Both the position numbers and the translations under genes were made by a program. A stretch of 64,000 nt of DNA from a bacterium (GTDB taxonomy: Bacteria; Bdellovibrionota_C; UBA2361; SZUA-149; JAGRAN01), in assembly GCA_030431555.1 (NCBI GenBank), contig JAUIIP010000001.1:2062-66061 (forward strand). Reading direction: 5' to 3'. The notes under the pieces were generated by a model. That model did no database searches. It had not been told where the DNA came from and saw only the letters and a list, made by a program, of their open reading frames with translations. Of the stretch, positions 46,881 to 55,815 are shown piece by piece; position 1 is the first letter of the stretch, and each line of letters opens with the position of its first letter.

Positions 46881-48839
46881 GTGGCTGCCGAATCAGAAAC
46901 AAAATCAGACAAGAAGATGTGCCCCGACTGCGGGGCGCGATTTGAGTCCGATAAGACTACCTGTCCGCACGATGGGAGCTTCCTGGTCGACGATCAGCCG
47001 AATGAAGACCCTCTGATCGGCAAGACGATCGACAACAAGTATCACATACTTTCCAAGCTCGGGGGCGGCGGCTTCGGTGCCGTTTACCGTGCCGAGCACA
47101 AAATGATGAACCGCACAGTGGCGCTCAAAGTGCTGCATCATCACCTGCTGGATGGTGACGCCAGAAATGAATTTCTGGTCAGGTTCCAGAGAGAGGCGCG
47201 AACTTCAAGCAAGATTGAACACCCCAATGCTATTACCATCCATGACTTTGGAATCTTTGAGAACAGCCCATACCTGGTGATGCAGTATGTAGAGGGACGG
47301 ACATTAAAACAGGTCATTAACGATCACGGCGCCCTTTCGATCGACAGAGTCGTAGCTATTGTTGAGCAGGTAAGCGGAGCGATTGGTGAGGCGCACGAAC
47401 TTGGGATCGTTCATAGAGATTTAAAACCGGATAACATAATCCTGAGCAGCGCCAAGGACGGCACCGAGCGGGCGATCGTGCTGGACTTCGGGATTGCTAA
47501 GATTATGACTGAGGACAGCAGTTCCCAGTCGATGCAGCTTACTCAAACCGGCACTATCACAGGAACTCCACAGTATCTTTCGCCGGAGCAGGCCCGGCAG
47601 TCAGAGATCGACGGCAGGTCGGACATTTACTCATTGGGCATCATCACCTACGAAATGCTGACCGGGCAGGTCCCATTTACGGCGGACTCCGTAGTTGCCG
47701 TACTGATGAAGCATATGAGTGAGGCGCCTCCGCGTTTCGAAGACCTAAGCAAGAAAGTCAATATCAAGTCTGAAATCGAGGAGGTCGTTAGAGCCGCCCT
47801 CGAGAAGGAGCCCGACAAAAGGCCCGCAACTGTCAGTGAGTTTGCGAGCGCGCTCGCAAATGCCGCCGGCATCAATCCAGGCACGCCCGTCAGCTTCGGA
47901 TCGTTAATCAAAAAGAGCGATACTCCTGCGACTTCGACGCCTTCATTAAAGATCGAAGTCAAAGTGCCGCCCAAGAAGGAGCTGTTCGGACTGATCGCAA
48001 CGGCTGCTGTTGTTTTCCTTGTCGGTTCTTTCTTTGTTATATCGGACGACGAACCCGGCACGCCGGAAGCTAAGGAGCATCAGATAAATACGTCTGAGCA
48101 AAAACCTGAAGGCGCTCCCGACTGGGTCGAACTGGATAATTCCGAAAATCCATCTGACCCGGCGCAGGCATCGGCCGATAATCCTTGGCAGAGCCTGCTC
48201 TCAGACGCTGAAACCGAGAAAGCAAATAAGAATTGGGACAAAGCGGCGGAGCTCTATACAAAAGCGATTGAGATGGGAGCGGACGATGCGGAAATTTATT
48301 TTAAGCAAGGAGACGTTCTGATAAACGCAGGCAAACTTCAGCAAGCTGCTGAGAGCTTTCGCGCCGCCGTAAGCCGCGATCCGCTCCACGAAAACTCTCA
48401 TGCAAGTCTGGGTTATGTTTACGGTGAACTCGGCAATCTGGACTCTTCTCTCAACGCGTATAAGAATGCTTTAGAGATTTCGCCCGAAAAGCCGCTGCTG
48501 CATAACAATGTCGGTTTTACGCTTTTCAAAATGAAAAAATACGAAGAGGCGAAAAAAGCCTACGGTCAGTGTTTGAAAATCGATAAAACTTATAGTCGCT
48601 GTATTTACAATCTGGCTGATATTTTCAAACAAGAAAAAAGCTACGACAAGGTAGCGACTCTTTATCAGCTTGGCTTAAAAAGCGAGCCAGACAACGCCCT
48701 GGTGCATTACGCACTCGGTGAAACCTACGAAAAACTAGGGCAAAAGCAGGACGCAATTAAATCCTACCAAGAGGCCCTAAGGCTAGACCCCAATTTACGG
48801 AACGCCCAGAAACGATTATCTGTGCTGGGAGCGCGGTAA
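46881..48839 (+). CDS. Eukaryotic-like Ser/Thr protein kinase with an N-terminal zinc ribbon, one TM helix and C-terminal TPR repeats
   Basis: 'CPDCGARF...CPHDG'; kinase 'LGGGGFGAVYRAEH...VALKVL', 'HRDLKPDNIIL', 'DFGIAK', 'GTPQYLSPEQ'; TM 'LFGLIATAAVVFLVGSFFVI'; TPR-like C-terminal repeats. Confidence 0.85.
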   Translation: MAAESETKSDKKMCPDCGARFESDKTTCPHDGSFLVDDQPNEDPLIGKTIDNKYHILSKLGGGGFGAVYRAEHKMMNRTVALKVLHHHLLDGDARNEFLVRFQREARTSSKIEHPNAITIHDFGIFENSPYLVMQYVEGRTLKQVINDHGALSIDRVVAIVEQVSGAIGEAHELGIVHRDLKPDNIILSSAKDGTERAIVLDFGIAKIMTEDSSSQSMQLTQTGTITGTPQYLSPEQARQSEIDGRSDIYSLGIITYEMLTGQVPFTADSVVAVLMKHMSEAPPRFEDLSKKVNIKSEIEEVVRAALEKEPDKRPATVSEFASALANAAGINPGTPVSFGSLIKKSDTPATSTPSLKIEVKVPPKKELFGLIATAAVVFLVGSFFVISDDEPGTPEAKEHQINTSEQKPEGAPDWVELDNSENPSDPAQASADNPWQSLLSDAETEKANKNWDKAAELYTKAIEMGADDAEIYFKQGDVLINAGKLQQAAESFRAAVSRDPLHENSHASLGYVYGELGNLDSSLNAYKNALEISPEKPLLHNNVGFTLFKMKKYEEAKKAYGQCLKIDKTYSRCIYNLADIFKQEKSYDKVATLYQLGLKSEPDNALVHYALGETYEKLGQKQDAIKSYQEALRLDPNLRNAQKRLSVLGAR

Positions 48840-48841
48840 GC

Positions 48842-49744
48842 ATGCAGGGACGCATGGTCGACTTTTATGTAGTAAATGCCTTCGCAGCGAAAGCCTTTGG
48901 CGGCAATCCGGCAGGAGTTGTCACCGACGCGGCAGAGCTTACAAGCGATCAGATGCAGGCAGTCGCACGACAGCTAAATCTCGTCGAGACAGCTTTCGTA
49001 TGTCCGCCGGACACCCCTGAAGCCGATATTAAACTGCGCTACTTCACTCCGATAAAGGAACTGCCGATTGCGGGCCATCCAACGATCGCCGCCTGGATCG
49101 CTCTCGTAGAAGATGGAAAGTTCAGCATTAACGGCAGGAACAGCTTCAGGCAGGAAACTAAATCCGGGCTCAGAAAAGTCGACCTTGTAAGCAGCCGCGA
49201 GGGTCTATTTGTACGGATGGACCAGCCGCAGCCGCGATTCGTGAAGACGCCTCTATTCGGCTCAGATATCGCGGATGTATTTGGAATCGACTCCAAGGCA
49301 ATCATCCACCCAATACGCGGGGTGGATACAGGTCTGGGGCACCTCGTATTCGGAGTTGACTCGATTGACACTTTGATGAAAGTCCAGCGAAAAAAGGAAC
49401 AGCTAGCAAAACTATGCGAGCGCTTTGGCCTTGCAGAGGCCCAGGTGTTCGCACTTGAAGCCAAAGAGGACGGCTGCGATCTCCATACCAGAAACATCTG
49501 CCCGCGTGACGGTATTGAGGATCCCGCCTGCGGCGTGGGCAACAGCGCACTTCTTGCCTACCTGATGGACTGCAGAATTCAGTTCACGGATGACAGTGCC
49601 CATATGACCGCCGAACAGGGTCACGCCGTCGGCATGCCTAGCGTAATTCACAGCTGGGGCAAGCGCCTGGACAGGGATAGCTACTCGCTGCAGATCGGTG
49701 GAACAGGCATAGTGATGGTAAAAGGGCACATCAGAATAGCCTGA
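48842..49744 (+). CDS. PhzF-family (phenazine biosynthesis-like) isomerase
   Basis: 'VDFYVVNAFAAKAFGGNPAGVV...ETAFVCPP...GHPTIA' PhzF/DAP-epimerase-fold signature; starts 3 nt after the kinase stop. Confidence 0.8.
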   Translation: MQGRMVDFYVVNAFAAKAFGGNPAGVVTDAAELTSDQMQAVARQLNLVETAFVCPPDTPEADIKLRYFTPIKELPIAGHPTIAAWIALVEDGKFSINGRNSFRQETKSGLRKVDLVSSREGLFVRMDQPQPRFVKTPLFGSDIADVFGIDSKAIIHPIRGVDTGLGHLVFGVDSIDTLMKVQRKKEQLAKLCERFGLAEAQVFALEAKEDGCDLHTRNICPRDGIEDPACGVGNSALLAYLMDCRIQFTDDSAHMTAEQGHAVGMPSVIHSWGKRLDRDSYSLQIGGTGIVMVKGHIRIA

Positions 49745-49808
49745 GCTAAATTTCTGGGCTATCCGGCAATAGGCTGCTACGCTTTACAACGCGTAACTAC
49801 GAGCCAGG

Positions 49809-50129
49809 GTGAATGCCATGTCAAACCAAGAGTACTCCGACGCTCCAACCCCCGAGCTTGGCAGCATAGTGTTGGTGCGATTCAGCTTCAACGACGAAGA
49901 CGGGAACACGGTCGAGAAGAAAGATTTCTTCGGCAAGATCACCAAAATTAACGACCAAGAGGTAGTGCTTAAAAATCCGAATAACGGGGAGGAAGTCACT
50001 TTGCCTCCGCATTTCGGCAGCTACGAGCGACCGCCGAAGGGAGATTATGAGCTGCCGTCAACCGGGGAAACCGTGACGAACCCGGATTATATCACCGAGT
50101 GGACACTGCGAATCTCATCCGCAAGCTGA
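49809..50129 (+). CDS. Hypothetical protein (106 aa)
   Basis: ORF only; convergent with ppk2. Confidence 0.4.
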   Translation: MNAMSNQEYSDAPTPELGSIVLVRFSFNDEDGNTVEKKDFFGKITKINDQEVVLKNPNNGEEVTLPPHFGSYERPPKGDYELPSTGETVTNPDYITEWTLRISSAS

Positions 50130-50130
50130 A

Positions 50131-51006
50131 TTAGCCTTCGCTCTCCAAGAGCGCTTTTATCTCGCCGAAGCGCTGCGCACGCTTCTCATCAACACTCGGG
50201 TAAACTAGACCAAGGCTGGTTAAAGACTTCACGATCGTATCTGCTACAACCATTCGCATATACGGTTTGTCGTCGGCAGGAATGACATACCAAGGTGCCC
50301 ACGGCCTCGACGTCGCATCGACGGCCTGCTTGTAAGCTTCGATATACTTATCCCAAAGCCGCCGCTCCCGAACATCAGCCTCAGCAAATTTCCAGTTCTT
50401 CTCAGGCTCCCTTAGTCTCTTAAGAAAGCGTCGCCGCTGTTCATCACGCGAAACGTTAAGCCAAAACTTAATTATAACGGTCCCATTGCGAGCCAGGTGC
50501 AGCTCGTGATCGCGAATAGACTGGTAGCGCTGCTCCCACAGCTCATCGGCCTCGGCTGTACTGGGCAGGCGCTGCGCTTGCAGTATCTCCGGATGGACCT
50601 TAACTACGAGCACCTCTTCGTAGTAGCTGCGATTAAAAATACCGATTCTTCCGCGCTCAGGAAGGCACTTGACCGTGCGCCATAGGAAGTCATGATCGAG
50701 CTCTTCACTCGAAGGCTGCTTGAAGCTGTACACCTGACATCCAGCCGGATTGATTCCAGTCATCACAGCTCGAATTGTGCTGTCTTTACCCGCGGCATCC
50801 ATCGCTTGAAACACCAGCAGCACCGCTCGACGGTCGCTGGCGTAGAGCTTTCGCTGCAGCTCGCGAAGCTCGTCAATCGAGGACTGCAGGTGCTTTTTAC
50901 AGGCACTCTTTCCCGGCGAGTTCTTGGGCGGCTCTGTCTCTGAGGACAGGGCGGCAAGGCTATTCCTGCCTCCGGCCAAAAACGGGGTGTCGATTGCTTC
51001 AAACAA
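50131..51006 (-). CDS. ppk2: Polyphosphate kinase 2 (PPK2 family, single-domain)
   Basis: Walker A 'FQAMDAAGKDSTIR', 'IGIFNRSYYEEVLVV' and lid region; ~290 aa, typical of PPK2. Confidence 0.85.
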   Translation of the reverse strand: MFEAIDTPFLAGGRNSLAALSSETEPPKNSPGKSACKKHLQSSIDELRELQRKLYASDRRAVLLVFQAMDAAGKDSTIRAVMTGINPAGCQVYSFKQPSSEELDHDFLWRTVKCLPERGRIGIFNRSYYEEVLVVKVHPEILQAQRLPSTAEADELWEQRYQSIRDHELHLARNGTVIIKFWLNVSRDEQRRRFLKRLREPEKNWKFAEADVRERRLWDKYIEAYKQAVDATSRPWAPWYVIPADDKPYMRMVVADTIVKSLTSLGLVYPSVDEKRAQRFGEIKALLESEG

Positions 51007-51199
51007 TAGTGGTCTCCAGAGTGAGATTTAACAGTCTAGCTAATCTTTAAAGCGCCAACAGAAATCTGGCAAATCATTCGCCGATTAGCGCGGATGTAGA
51101 CAGTATGAGGCTAAGCTTCGAACTTCTAACAACAAATTGCTTGCGAGAAGCGGCGTAGCAGACCACTATTAACACTAGTAAAAGTTTAAGGAACTTCAC

Positions 51200-52024
51200 T
51201 TGAGCAACCTTGCGCAGGAATTATGGCGGGACGAACTAAGCGGCCAGCGTCGCTCAATCCCCGCCACAGATATCGGTGAACATCCGGGTGAGGATGCACC
51301 GGCTAAGGTTTCTATAGAGCGCGAGCTTCGCTTTTTTATGCCGCTTTCGATGCTTGGCGACTATTTGAATGTAAAGAATCTCGAGAAAATCACGATAGAG
51401 CAGCATTATTTCGCCCCGGATAATTTTCCGCTGATTAGTGTATTCGCCGGAGAACTCGCAGGCGTAGGGCTGCTTCCGAGCGATCTGCGAATAACTCAGG
51501 CCCGCATCCGCACAATCACAAAGGCACATGGCGAAGGCGAAACTTGCCTGGAGATCAAAGGACGTCAACCCCATCACGATTCGTTCGAGCGCTTGGAGTT
51601 TTCAGTTCCAATCACAACTGACTCATTTTTCAGACTTCGAGAGCTGGCGGGTGCCGGCAGCCTGACAAAATCGCGCTACCGGGCTCCGGGTGTAATATCC
51701 CTAAACAACCGTGACCAGGCGCGGGTAATTGCCGAGATCGACGTATACGACAGAATCGGAAAAAACCAGCCGCTCAGCAGTTGCTCGGAAAAGCACGACT
51801 TTGCGACGATAGACGTTGAAATCCCAGACAAGTGTCTGCTCGGACCCTTGGCCGACGGAAAGCACAATTTAGATTTCCTGTTTGATGCCATAAACTTAAG
51901 TGACAGCGAGAAACGAATACAGAAATCGCTTAGCTCGCAACGCATGGCGCGCAAAGGTCTGGATAAGCGGGCTCAAGATGTCCTACTCGAACTCCATGAG
52001 AAATATCGCGCCGCGCGTGAATAA
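51200..52024 (+). CDS. CYTH-like (triphosphate tunnel metalloenzyme) domain protein; TTG start, tentative
   Basis: 'VSIERELRFFMP...IEQHYF' resembles the CYTH N-terminal E-x-E-x-K-F strand and 'ieQ.Y'; located between ppk2 and ppk1. Confidence 0.45.
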   Translation: MSNLAQELWRDELSGQRRSIPATDIGEHPGEDAPAKVSIERELRFFMPLSMLGDYLNVKNLEKITIEQHYFAPDNFPLISVFAGELAGVGLLPSDLRITQARIRTITKAHGEGETCLEIKGRQPHHDSFERLEFSVPITTDSFFRLRELAGAGSLTKSRYRAPGVISLNNRDQARVIAEIDVYDRIGKNQPLSSCSEKHDFATIDVEIPDKCLLGPLADGKHNLDFLFDAINLSDSEKRIQKSLSSQRMARKGLDKRAQDVLLELHEKYRAARE

Positions 52025-52178
52025 CCACCTTAATACCAAGCAATTCATACTTTTCTAACATTCGCATCCAGGACAATAGCCGCGAATTTAGTATACTAAA
52101 CCACTATTTAATGTCCGACGCGGGAAGTGACGACTCCTCGTGGAAGACACTCATTAGAAATCGCCTTTTAAGGAGACA

Positions 52179-54308
52179 ATGGAAACCCCCCGCAGCAGTG
52201 ACTCGGCAAACATAATGTCCGACCTGATCAATCTCGAAGACAGGTACATAAACCGAGAACTTAGCTGGCTTCAGTTCAATTCCAGAGTCCTAGAGCAGGC
52301 CTCAGACCAAGACGTTCCGCTGCTCGAGCGCTTGAACTTTCTGCGCATTTTCGGAAGCAATTTAGACGAATTTTTCATGAAGCGTGTCGGCGGGCTAAAA
52401 CGCCATATCGCCGCCGGCGTAACTGCGCCGAGTGTTGACGGAATGACCCCCGAGCGGCAGCTAAAAGCGATTCGACATTTCCTGATCCCACAAATGGTCG
52501 AATGGGAGCGGGTCTTCTTCGAAGAATTAAAACCCCAACTCGGTGAAAGTCGCATCGAGTTGATAACCGACTGGTCTGAACTCAGTGCAGAAGAGATGCA
52601 GTTTGCTGAAAGGCATTTTAGGGAGCAAATTTTTCCCGTCTTGACTCCGCTTGCAGTCGACCCGGGACATCCCTTCCCGTTTATTTCTAACTTATCAACG
52701 TCACTCGGCGTCTCTTTGCGGCATCCCGAAATTGAAGAACCGCTGTTCGCTAGAGTCAAAATAAGCGATCTCGATCCTCAATGGCTACGACTGGACACGG
52801 GTGCGCCCGGAAACCACTACCGGTTCCTGCTGGTTCGCGAGCTAATTCAGCAATTCTTGCACGAAGTATTTCCAAATATGGAAATACGCGCCGTAATGCC
52901 TTTCCGCGTTACCCGAAATGCAGATCTTGAGATCGATGAAGAAGAAGCAGAGGACCTGCTCGAGCTGATTCGTGAAGAACTGCGCCAGCGCCGAGTCGCG
53001 AATGTTGTTCGCCTTGAACACGGTGCCAATCCGGATGCTTGGATACTTAATTTTTTAATTGAAGAGCTCTCGCTCACCCCGGACGATGTTTACGAACACA
53101 CGGGGGAACTCTACAGCCTGGACCTGCCGGAATTTCTTGGCACATCGCTTCCGGAACTCAAATACCAGACTTGGCATCCGGCCACACCTGCTTCTCTCCC
53201 GCAGGACTCAAACATGTTCAGCCTGATTCGCAACAGGGACGTGCTCGTACATCATCCGTTTGAGAGCTTTGCCCTCAGCGTTGAGCGATTTGTCAGGGAA
53301 GCGGTGGAAGACGATCGAGTCGTTTCAATAAAAATGACAGTTTACCGAGTAGGCGATGAATCACCGCTTATCCCGCTGCTGATTGAAGCAGCGCAGCGAG
53401 GGAAAGACGTCGTTTGCCTTGTGGAATTGAAAGCCAGATTCGAAGAACAGCGCAATATTACTTGGGCCCAAAAGCTCGAGAATTCCGGCGTGCACGTCGT
53501 CTACGGCATTCCCGGTCTCAAGATTCATGCGAAAACTCTACTAATAGTGCGTAAGGAACTCGAAGGTATTCGCTGTTACGCTCACTTAGCCACCGGAAAC
53601 TATCACGCCAAAACAGCGAACCTTTACACGGATGTTGGACTATTTACTTCTAAAAGTGAGTATACCTCCGAACTCGTGCATTTCTTCAATTACCTGACCG
53701 GCCGCTCACTAAAGGACGACTATCAAACATTGCTTGTTGCGCCGCTCAATATGAACGAGCGATTCATATCGATGATTCGGCGCGAAATCGAACACAAGAA
53801 GGCAGGACGACCGGCCAGAATCGTTGCAAAAATGAACAGCCTGGAGGACCGCTTTATTATTCAGTCGCTCTACGAAGCTTCCCAGGCCGGTGTGCAAATC
53901 GACTTACTCGTTCGCGGGATCTGCTGCCTGCGCCCCGGAGTAAAGGGTTTAAGCGAGAACATCCGTGTTGTATCAGTAGTCGGCCGGTTGCTCGAGCATT
54001 CGCGGATCTACTTCTTCCAAAACGGCGCTAAAGATCCCTTAGAAGGAGACTTCTACATAGGTTCCGCGGATTGGATGGGGCGCAATTTGCATAGGCGAGT
54101 AGAGGTGATAGCGCCAGTTTCCGAAAAGCTCGGACACAAGATGTGTTGGGAGATAATGGAAGTTCTCTTAAATGACAACAGGCAGGCTTGGGACATGCAG
54201 TCTGACGGCACTTACGTGCGGAGACGATCTAGCGATACCGAAGCGGTCGGCCCACATGAAACTCTGATGCGGCTCGCCAAAGCTCAGGCGAACGGCCATA
54301 TGGAATAA
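52179..54308 (+). CDS. ppk: Polyphosphate kinase 1
   Basis: 'INRELSWLQFNSRVLEQA', 'LERLNFLRIFGSNLDEFFMKRV' and both PLD-like HKD regions ('HAKTLLIV', 'IGSADWMGRNLHRRVEV'); 709 aa. Confidence 0.9.
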   Translation: METPRSSDSANIMSDLINLEDRYINRELSWLQFNSRVLEQASDQDVPLLERLNFLRIFGSNLDEFFMKRVGGLKRHIAAGVTAPSVDGMTPERQLKAIRHFLIPQMVEWERVFFEELKPQLGESRIELITDWSELSAEEMQFAERHFREQIFPVLTPLAVDPGHPFPFISNLSTSLGVSLRHPEIEEPLFARVKISDLDPQWLRLDTGAPGNHYRFLLVRELIQQFLHEVFPNMEIRAVMPFRVTRNADLEIDEEEAEDLLELIREELRQRRVANVVRLEHGANPDAWILNFLIEELSLTPDDVYEHTGELYSLDLPEFLGTSLPELKYQTWHPATPASLPQDSNMFSLIRNRDVLVHHPFESFALSVERFVREAVEDDRVVSIKMTVYRVGDESPLIPLLIEAAQRGKDVVCLVELKARFEEQRNITWAQKLENSGVHVVYGIPGLKIHAKTLLIVRKELEGIRCYAHLATGNYHAKTANLYTDVGLFTSKSEYTSELVHFFNYLTGRSLKDDYQTLLVAPLNMNERFISMIRREIEHKKAGRPARIVAKMNSLEDRFIIQSLYEASQAGVQIDLLVRGICCLRPGVKGLSENIRVVSVVGRLLEHSRIYFFQNGAKDPLEGDFYIGSADWMGRNLHRRVEVIAPVSEKLGHKMCWEIMEVLLNDNRQAWDMQSDGTYVRRRSSDTEAVGPHETLMRLAKAQANGHME

Positions 54309-54319
54309 CGGATTGCGAA

Positions 54320-54859
54320 GTGAAAATTATTATTCTGCGACACGCGATTGCTGAAGACCGCGATGCCTGGGCGGACAAGAGCGAGGACGACAGCTTGCGC
54401 CCGCTCACCGAACGCGGCATATCGCGCTTGCATCAAGCCTGCTTAGGGCTCAAGACCGTGGTCGATCGAGTCGACGCAATCGTCAGCAGCTCCCTAACAC
54501 GGGCGCAGCAAACTGCACAGATTTTATTTGAGTACTACCCGGACGCAGAGCTCGGGGAGGACCCGGATTTGGAACCGGGTGGCGACTTGGATTCCCTCGT
54601 CGACCGACTTGCCGATTCGAGCGATAGTGCCGTCATCGTACTAATCGGGCACGAACCCGATCTGTCGACGCTGCTCGGCTTACTAATCGCCGGTGCGGAA
54701 CGCTCAATCGCTAAACTTAAAAAAGCCTCGGCAGTATGTGTTGATTTCTCTGTAGAAAATGGAGATTTTTATGCACGCTTGCTTTGGCTGCTCCCCCCCG
54801 CTGTCCTGCGCTCATTAGGCCGAGAGCGTGAGGGCGTCGTGCAAAATGCCGTCGACTAG
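54320..54859 (+). CDS. sixA: Phosphohistidine phosphatase SixA-like (histidine phosphatase superfamily)
   Basis: 'IIILRHAIAE' (RHG-type motif) and 'IVLIGHEPDLS'; GTG start 12 nt after the ppk1 stop. Confidence 0.7.
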   Translation: MKIIILRHAIAEDRDAWADKSEDDSLRPLTERGISRLHQACLGLKTVVDRVDAIVSSSLTRAQQTAQILFEYYPDAELGEDPDLEPGGDLDSLVDRLADSSDSAVIVLIGHEPDLSTLLGLLIAGAERSIAKLKKASAVCVDFSVENGDFYARLLWLLPPAVLRSLGREREGVVQNAVD

Positions 54860-55744
54860 TGACTTGGAGGTCGGCGTGATTTCCTCAGCACCGAAATAAG
54901 CTGCAACCTCATCCAGGATTAAAGCAGCTGCTAGAATAAGGTCAACGCGCCGCGGCTCGAGTTCCGGAATCATAGCCAACTCTGATTTATCCATCACTTC
55001 GATTCGTTTGATAAACGAGCCGAGATCGCGCCTGTCGAATGGACCATTTTCGCCCGCTGCATGCGTACAAACCTTGCCAAGCGCTCGAATTGAGCCGCTG
55101 GAGCCTATTAATTTTTGTGCGTGATTGAATGAAAAATTCTTCGAAAGCTCGTCAAGCTTGCTGCGCAAAGCGCGGCGAAGCTGCAGCTGTGCCTCTTCTC
55201 GCGGCGGAGCAGACTTTAGATAGTTCTGCTGAGAACGAGCTGCGCCAAAACGCAGACTTGTGGAAAACTCTATATCGGCACCGTGGCAGAGGCTTAGCTC
55301 AGTTGAACCCCCACCGATATCAAGCAGTACCAGCGGCTCACCGGACCGCTCAAACACGCCGGCCGTCACACCAACAGCAATAAGACGCGCTTCCTCTTCT
55401 TCTGAAATAACTTCTATCTCAATTCCGGTTTCGCGCTGCACTTCTGCTACGAACTGCGCTGAATCATCGGCCTCTCGCAAAGCGCTTGTACCGACAGCTC
55501 GCACAAGTTCTGGTGAAAATTGTTCAAGCAGCACCTTGAAATACTTAAACGCAGCAATGCCGCGCTGTCTCGCCTCCTGTGTCAAACAGTTGTCATCAAA
55601 CAGACCGTCACCAAGACGGATCATAATTTTTTCTTTGCAGCGGGGCACTATTTTGCCGCTTCGACCAATGTCGAATACGTAAAAACGAACAGAGTTCGTT
55701 CCGCAGTCAATAATCGCTATGTTGTCCGGACTTTCTACGCTCAC
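54815..55744 (-). CDS. ppx: Exopolyphosphatase / guanosine pentaphosphate phosphohydrolase (Ppx/GppA family, N-terminal ASKHA domains only, ~310 aa)
   Basis: 'IAIIDCGTNSVRFYVFDI' and 'VLLDIGGGSTELSL' actin-like ATPase motifs. Confidence 0.8.
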   Translation of the reverse strand: MSVESPDNIAIIDCGTNSVRFYVFDIGRSGKIVPRCKEKIMIRLGDGLFDDNCLTQEARQRGIAAFKYFKVLLEQFSPELVRAVGTSALREADDSAQFVAEVQRETGIEIEVISEEEEARLIAVGVTAGVFERSGEPLVLLDIGGGSTELSLCHGADIEFSTSLRFGAARSQQNYLKSAPPREEAQLQLRRALRSKLDELSKNFSFNHAQKLIGSSGSIRALGKVCTHAAGENGPFDRRDLGSFIKRIEVMDKSELAMIPELEPRRVDLILAAALILDEVAAYFGAEEITPTSKSLVDGILHDALTLSA

Positions 55745-55815
55745 AGTTCGCTAAAGATATATGGTTCCGTCCCTAACCTCAAGGACGGATGCCGAGCAAG
55801 GAGGAACATCAAAAA

